NCBI GenBank assembly: GCA_029261065.1
Contig: JAJDCB010000013.1
Location: forward strand, 9,868 to 73,867
DNA from: Candidatus Omnitrophota bacterium
GTDB taxonomy: Bacteria; Omnitrophota; Gorgyraeia; Zapsychrales; Zapsychraceae
Direction of reading: 5' to 3'
DNA length: 64,000 bases
Each line of letters starts with the position of its first letter. The first letter of the stretch is position 1. A program made the translations under genes and the position numbers. The notes beneath the pieces were generated by a model. That model ran no database searches. It was not told the DNA's origin and was given only the letters and a program-made list of their open reading frames with translations. This document shows, in pieces, positions 59,610 through 64,000 of the stretch.

Positions 59610-60806
59610 TCAGCTTAAATTTGAGGGCAATGGTAGGTCAATCTCTACATCTTCATCATAGTTAACACCATTTAAACCAAAACCAAAAAGTTTTAAGAAA
59701 TCTGCGCGATAACCAACCAAATCAGCAAAATCCTTAAGGTTTTCTGGCGTTAATTGATCCCAATTCGCTTGTACATCTTGTTGAACATCATCAAGCAACT
59801 CCAAATTATCCATGCGAACCATCCCCTCTTGATCAACAACAACAGGATCCTCATAAAGGGCAGTGCGAAAGAGCCTGTCTATCTGAGCCATACAATCTTC
59901 TTCAACGCCTTTGGCTACCATGACTTTTTTTAATAATATAAAATACAACGGAATAAAGGGAATCGCCGAACTTGATTGAGTAACCAAAGCTTTGTTAACG
60001 GAAATGACAGCTCGACCACCCATCCTTTTAAATCGCTCATCTAAATCCTTAGCCGTTTGCTCCAAATGATCTTTAGCACGGCCTATGGTGCCTCCTCTAT
60101 AAATCGATTTTGTTATCTGTGGCCCCATATAAGAATAAGCCACTGTTTTAGCACCCTCAGCAAGCAATCCAGCCTGATCAAGGGCATCAATCCATAACGT
60201 CCAATCCTCGCCACCCATCACCTTAACCGTTTGATTAATCTCATCCTCATTTGCCCCATGAAGCGTTACGGTTTCTAATTCATGCGTGGACATATCAATC
60301 GATTTATTGGTGTAGTCTTGGCCGATCGGTTTTAAAACAGATTTATTTATTTCACCAGTCTTCGGATCAACACGCCGCGGAGAGGCTAAACTATAAATGA
60401 TTAGATCAACCGAACCCCAATCTTTTTTAATCATCTCTACAACTTGATCTTTGATCTCTTGTGAAAAGGCATCTCCATTAATACTTTTGGCATAAATCCC
60501 TTCTTTGTGAGCTTTCTCTTCAAAGGCAACCGAATTATACCAACCTGCGGTTGCACTTCGTTTTTTATCAGAGGGTTTTTCAAAGAACACACCAATCGTT
60601 GCTGCTTTTAAACCGCCAAAAGATACAGCCACTCGACTAGCTAACCCGTAACCTGTTGATGCCCCAATCACCAATACATTCTTCGGCCCCTTAGTTAAAG
60701 GACCTTGAGCGCGAACATAATCAATATGTTCTTGAACATGTTGGGCACAACCCAAGGGGTGTGCTGTCGTACAAATAAAACCTCTTACCTTTGGTTGAAC
60801 AATCAT
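59610..60806 (-). CDS. fabV: Trans-2-enoyl-CoA/ACP reductase FabV
   Basis: N-terminus MIVQPKVRGFICTTAHPLGC and 398-aa length characteristic of FabV/TER family. Confidence 0.9.
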   Translation of the reverse strand: MIVQPKVRGFICTTAHPLGCAQHVQEHIDYVRAQGPLTKGPKNVLVIGASTGYGLASRVAVSFGGLKAATIGVFFEKPSDKKRSATAGWYNSVAFEEKAHKEGIYAKSINGDAFSQEIKDQVVEMIKKDWGSVDLIIYSLASPRRVDPKTGEINKSVLKPIGQDYTNKSIDMSTHELETVTLHGANEDEINQTVKVMGGEDWTLWIDALDQAGLLAEGAKTVAYSYMGPQITKSIYRGGTIGRAKDHLEQTAKDLDERFKRMGGRAVISVNKALVTQSSSAIPFIPLYFILLKKVMVAKGVEEDCMAQIDRLFRTALYEDPVVVDQEGMVRMDNLELLDDVQQDVQANWDQLTPENLKDFADLVGYRADFLKLFGFGLNGVNYDEDVEIDLPLPSNLS

Positions 60807-60847
60807 AAATCACCTCTACTCTAAAATTAATATTTCCTTTTTTACAA

Positions 60848-62107
60848 TCATGTCTCTACATGAGATCTTTTAGGGACAATGACAATACCCGAAGCTGTTA
60901 AATTAAATCTCTTTTTATCTAACTCCAAATCATAACCTATTTTACTATTTGCAGGAATAACAACCTGCTTATCAATAATAGCATTTTTTATTTTGGCGCC
61001 TTCTCCAACAACAACACTTTCCATAATAACCGAATGACTCACCTCGGCTTGATTCATAATTTTTACATTGGGTGATAAAATCGAATGATCGACCACACCG
61101 CCCTCAATCATACACCCTCCTGAAATCATCGAATCATTAATCGCACTAGGCCCAGAAGGCGTACTCACCATTTTTACAGGAGGATGTTGTTCATGAAAAG
61201 TGCGCACAGGCCAATTTTTATCAAACAAATTAAAATCCGGTTTATGTTTTAACAAATCCATATTCGATTCATAATAAGCATCCCGCGTTCCAATATCTCT
61301 CCAATATTTCGGATCACCTTTCTCATCGACAAAATCATAAACATAAACTTTCTTACCTCTTGAAAGCATTTGAGGAATCACATTTTTTCCAAAATCATGG
61401 GCAGATACTTGATTAGCATCTATCTCAAGTTCATTTAATAAAACATCTCTATTAAATAAATAAATCCCCATAGATGCAAAAATTTGATCAGGTTGCGAGG
61501 GAATCGTTTTAGGGGTATCCGGTTTTTCTTGAAATCCTCGAACGTGTTGATCCGAATCCACCTCGATAACTCCAAAATCTTTTGACGTCGCTTTAGACAT
61601 AGGAATACACGCCACCGTCATATCAGCATTCTTCTCTTGATGAAAATTCATCATGTGCCGATAATCCATTTTATAAATATGGTCACCTGCTAAAATTAAA
61701 ATGTGTTCTGGATTACAATCATGAATGGCATAAATATTTTGATAAATAGCATCAGCCGTACCCCGATACCATTCGGCGTTGATTCGCTGTTGAGCGGGGA
61801 TAACATCAATAAATTCGCCTAATTGATTAGAAACAATATCCCATCCTGAAAGAAGATGTTTTTGAAGAGAAAAAGATTTGTATTGAGTTAAAACATATAT
61901 TCGTCTTAATCCGGAATTGATACAGTTACTTAATGTAAAATCAATAATCCGATAAATACCACCAAAAGGGACAGCCGGTTTAGTACGATCACGCGTTAGC
62001 GGATCAAGCCGTTCGCCTCTTCCTCCGGCTAATATAAATGTTAATGTATTTCGCATTAAAAGTTTTTTCCTAACAGTGTTGGATTCCCGCTTCCTGTACT
62101 TCGTCAC
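60848..62107 (-). CDS. glgC: Glucose-1-phosphate adenylyltransferase
   Basis: ILAGGRGERLDPLTRDRTKPAVPFGG activator/substrate loop and left-handed beta-helix C-terminus. ATG 62107 lies inside a repeat remnant (MTKYRKRES...); alternative ATG at 62056 (MRNTLTFILAGG) has an AGGAAA Shine-Dalgarno upstream. Confidence 0.9.
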   Translation of the reverse strand: MTKYRKRESNTVRKKLLMRNTLTFILAGGRGERLDPLTRDRTKPAVPFGGIYRIIDFTLSNCINSGLRRIYVLTQYKSFSLQKHLLSGWDIVSNQLGEFIDVIPAQQRINAEWYRGTADAIYQNIYAIHDCNPEHILILAGDHIYKMDYRHMMNFHQEKNADMTVACIPMSKATSKDFGVIEVDSDQHVRGFQEKPDTPKTIPSQPDQIFASMGIYLFNRDVLLNELEIDANQVSAHDFGKNVIPQMLSRGKKVYVYDFVDEKGDPKYWRDIGTRDAYYESNMDLLKHKPDFNLFDKNWPVRTFHEQHPPVKMVSTPSGPSAINDSMISGGCMIEGGVVDHSILSPNVKIMNQAEVSHSVIMESVVVGEGAKIKNAIIDKQVVIPANSKIGYDLELDKKRFNLTASGIVIVPKRSHVET

Positions 62108-62280
62108 AATTAAAGTAATAAAACGAAGCTTGTCGTCCCGGACTTGATCCGGGATCTAAAATTTGGTGTTGATAACAATGCCTGTTCCCGTAGATTCCCG
62201 CTGGAGTTTACCCCATAGGATTCCCGCTTTCGCGGGAATGACATAAGGGGCGGGAATGACAGATGAAGTGGGATTGACAT
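62081..62280. repeat. Cluster of ATTCCC-N8-GGGAAT-type palindromic repeat units and half-units
   Basis: GGATTCCCGCTTCC (62081), TCGTCCCGGACTTGATCCGGGATC (62132-62156), GATTCCCGCTGG (62194), full unit GGATTCCCGCTTTCGCGGGAATGACAT (62218-62245), GGGGCGGGAATGACAG (62247-62262), GTGGGATTGACAT (62268-62280); inverted copy of the 2727-2750 unit. Confidence 0.55.
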
Positions 62281-62316
62281 AATCAAGGAACCAATCTCCA
62301 CGTATTATAACGAACT

Positions 62317-64000
62317 TTATTTATTTTTCAACTCATCCAATAAATTAAGGATTTCTTCATTATTGGGGCTAGATAAAAGGGCTCTTTCAAACGATATTCT
62401 CGCCTGCTCTAAATCTCCTTGAGCCTTGTGCAATAAACCATATTTCTTATGGATTAAATCTTGATGGGTTCCAACAGAGGCCGCCAAATCAAATATTTTT
62501 TTAGCTGCTTCAAGATTACCTGTGGCCTCAAAAACCTCCCCAATATTAATCACATCAACAATGGCCCCAGGATTACTCTTTATGACAGAGGCCAAGATTT
62601 TATATGATTTGTCGATATTATCATCCTGAGCATAAGATCTTGCTAATAAAAAGTAGCCTTTCATCTCTTGCGGCCACAACTCTATAATGGTCTTATACTG
62701 CTCAATAGCCCCTTTATAGTTTTCAAGATCATAATAAGCCAACGCTAAGTTAAAGCGCATTTCTTTATCCTTAGGTGTTAACAACACAGCTATACGAAAA
62801 TATTCAAATGCATTTAAATAATCTTTTCTCTTAGCATAAATCTTACCAATAAGTTGATACGGCTCCGCATAACCAGGAACTGTTTTCACCGCCTCCATCG
62901 CCTCAAGAAGCGCAGCATCATCTAAATCTAAACTTTCCAATGTATAAGCCCGATAATAATTTTGATACGGAATAATACGTTTAGGACCTAACTTTTGACG
63001 ATCAAAAGCATCCACCGTAATATCTTCAAAATTAAAAACAAATTTGTCTATAACATCTCGATTGATATCAATATCTTTTAAAAAGATGACAGCATCAAAA
63101 TCAAAATAAACCAACTTCCATTCTTCTTGTTCTCTAAAATATTTCAACAATGGTGGAGCAATATGTTGTTTGGTCGAGTTTAGTAGAATACCCGTTATCG
63201 GATATTGTTTAAGCTTCTCTTTTAAAAGAGCCACATCACCATCTATAATCTTTTTATATTCAATAAAAAATTCACTTCCATACGCCTCGGTTCGTCCGTC
63301 GATGAAAACTTTAATGCGAGGATGAGTCCGCCCTAATAAATAAGCGCCAGAATTAAAATCATTAAAGAAGTTCCCCTCTATCTCATTATCGACCAAAAAA
63401 TCTACAGCCTTATAGGCGAAATTTCGCTTTGAAACTCCTCGGTATTCACTTTTATACTCAAAAGTATCAAAATCAAAATAACTTCTGGTAGCAACGCCTT
63501 CTGCAAAACTAAGAATAAGAATAAAAAATAAAAGATGCAAAACAGCTGCCGTCAGATAATAAAACTTCTTAGCCGTAAAACGAATAGGAATTAAATCCTT
63601 ATAAGAAAAAGAAAGTGTATTTGTGATAATGACTAAATAAGCAGCAAAAGCAAAATACGACATGTTTCTAGCAGCGGATAAAGAAAAAATAAGAAAGACT
63701 AACCAAAAAAACAATGCACTAATATCTATTCTACGACGATTAAAAACGAAAGAAACAAAAGACAAGAAAATCAATAATTTAAACTGTCCATACCGATCAA
63801 AGTTAAAAAAATCACTTATAGATAAAATCGGCCTTTGTAACTCTTGAATGTATTTAAAAAACACACTATGATCACCCGAAATTGAGAAGAATATCCCCAA
63901 AGGATACAGGGCGCCTTTTACAAAATGAGGATTTACAAGACAGGCTAAGATAACAAAGATAAGAATACGCCTTAACCTTGTATACTCTTCATCAGAGAGC
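62317..64000 (-). CDS. Membrane protein with C-terminal TPR repeats (partial; the reading frame stays open beyond the TTG at 63900 to the window edge)
   Basis: No stop codon in frame from 63900 to 64000 (..LSDEEYTRLRRILIFVILACLVNPHFVKGALYPLGIFFS..); N-terminal hydrophobic segments; C-terminal TPRs (AYYDLENYKGAIEQY...). Confidence 0.5.
   Translation of the reverse strand, partial: LSDEEYTRLRRILIFVILACLVNPHFVKGALYPLGIFFSISGDHSVFFKYIQELQRPILSISDFFNFDRYGQFKLLIFLSFVSFVFNRRRIDISALFFWLVFLIFSLSAARNMSYFAFAAYLVIITNTLSFSYKDLIPIRFTAKKFYYLTAAVLHLLFFILILSFAEGVATRSYFDFDTFEYKSEYRGVSKRNFAYKAVDFLVDNEIEGNFFNDFNSGAYLLGRTHPRIKVFIDGRTEAYGSEFFIEYKKIIDGDVALLKEKLKQYPITGILLNSTKQHIAPPLLKYFREQEEWKLVYFDFDAVIFLKDIDINRDVIDKFVFNFEDITVDAFDRQKLGPKRIIPYQNYYRAYTLESLDLDDAALLEAMEAVKTVPGYAEPYQLIGKIYAKRKDYLNAFEYFRIAVLLTPKDKEMRFNLALAYYDLENYKGAIEQYKTIIELWPQEMKGYFLLARSYAQDDNIDKSYKILASVIKSNPGAIVDVINIGEVFEATGNLEAAKKIFDLAASVGTHQDLIHKKYGLLHKAQGDLEQARISFERALLSSPNNEEILNLLDELKNK

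Noticed and set aside
62110-62301. 63-aa minus-strand ORF in the glgC upstream region (contains MSFPRKRES)
   Set aside because: Its sequence is the literal translation of the palindromic repeat units; repeat-derived pseudo-ORF, not a gene.
1-64000. CRISPR arrays, cas genes, transposases, integrases, phage structural genes
   Set aside because: No regularly spaced direct repeats with unique spacers and no recognisable mobile-element proteins were seen; the only repeats are short dispersed palindromes and one MITE-like element.

Overview
This 64-kb window is low-GC (about 36-38% by eye) bacterial chromosomal DNA in which about 60 protein genes, one tRNA and one RNase P RNA all lie on the minus strand. 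I found no credible plus-strand gene, and the window begins and ends inside minus-strand membrane/TPR protein genes. From the high-coordinate end: a TPR membrane protein (partial), glgC, fabV, smc, cvpA, dnaG-rpoD, tRNA-Met(CAU), a zinc-ribbon protein, rnhA and an unlisted RNase P RNA (rnpB). Then yebC-ruvC-ruvA, scpB, the aromatic amino-acid cluster pheA-hisC-DAHP synthase-tyrA, cmk, lepA-lepB, a pgsA-like gene and plsY. Next come a DsbD/thioredoxin/GH15 cluster, a PfkB kinase with a Rossmann protein, a tightly coupled HExxH-protein/ATP-grasp/TraB-GumN operon beside a transglutaminase-like/HspQ-domain protein, and lexA. The low-coordinate half is an envelope locus: SPOR, TolB-like and LpoB-like proteins; an ArnC/ArnT-like trio with a LAB_N protein; two tandem TMTC-like GT-C+TPR paralogs; and further large polytopic proteins. 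It ends with a B12-binding radical SAM enzyme coupled to two tiny membrane-protein genes, a CheY-like receiver with a possible CheX-like partner, ATP-dependent PEPCK, a DsbA-like/DoxX-MauE pair, and a secreted MEMO1-AMMECR1 fusion. The cell-envelope content suggests a diderm organism; I could not fix the taxon. There is no CRISPR array, transposase or prophage. Intergenic DNA carries a dispersed ATTCCC-N8-GGGAAT palindromic repeat family that appears to donate start codons to glgC and the HExxH gene, and a 176-bp MITE-like element with 30-bp terminal inverted repeats. Coordinates of features not taken from the ORF track may be off by 1-2 nt. My hand count of the sequence disagreed by one nucleotide with the ORF track at one locus (23066..24262), so I trust the track for CDS boundaries.
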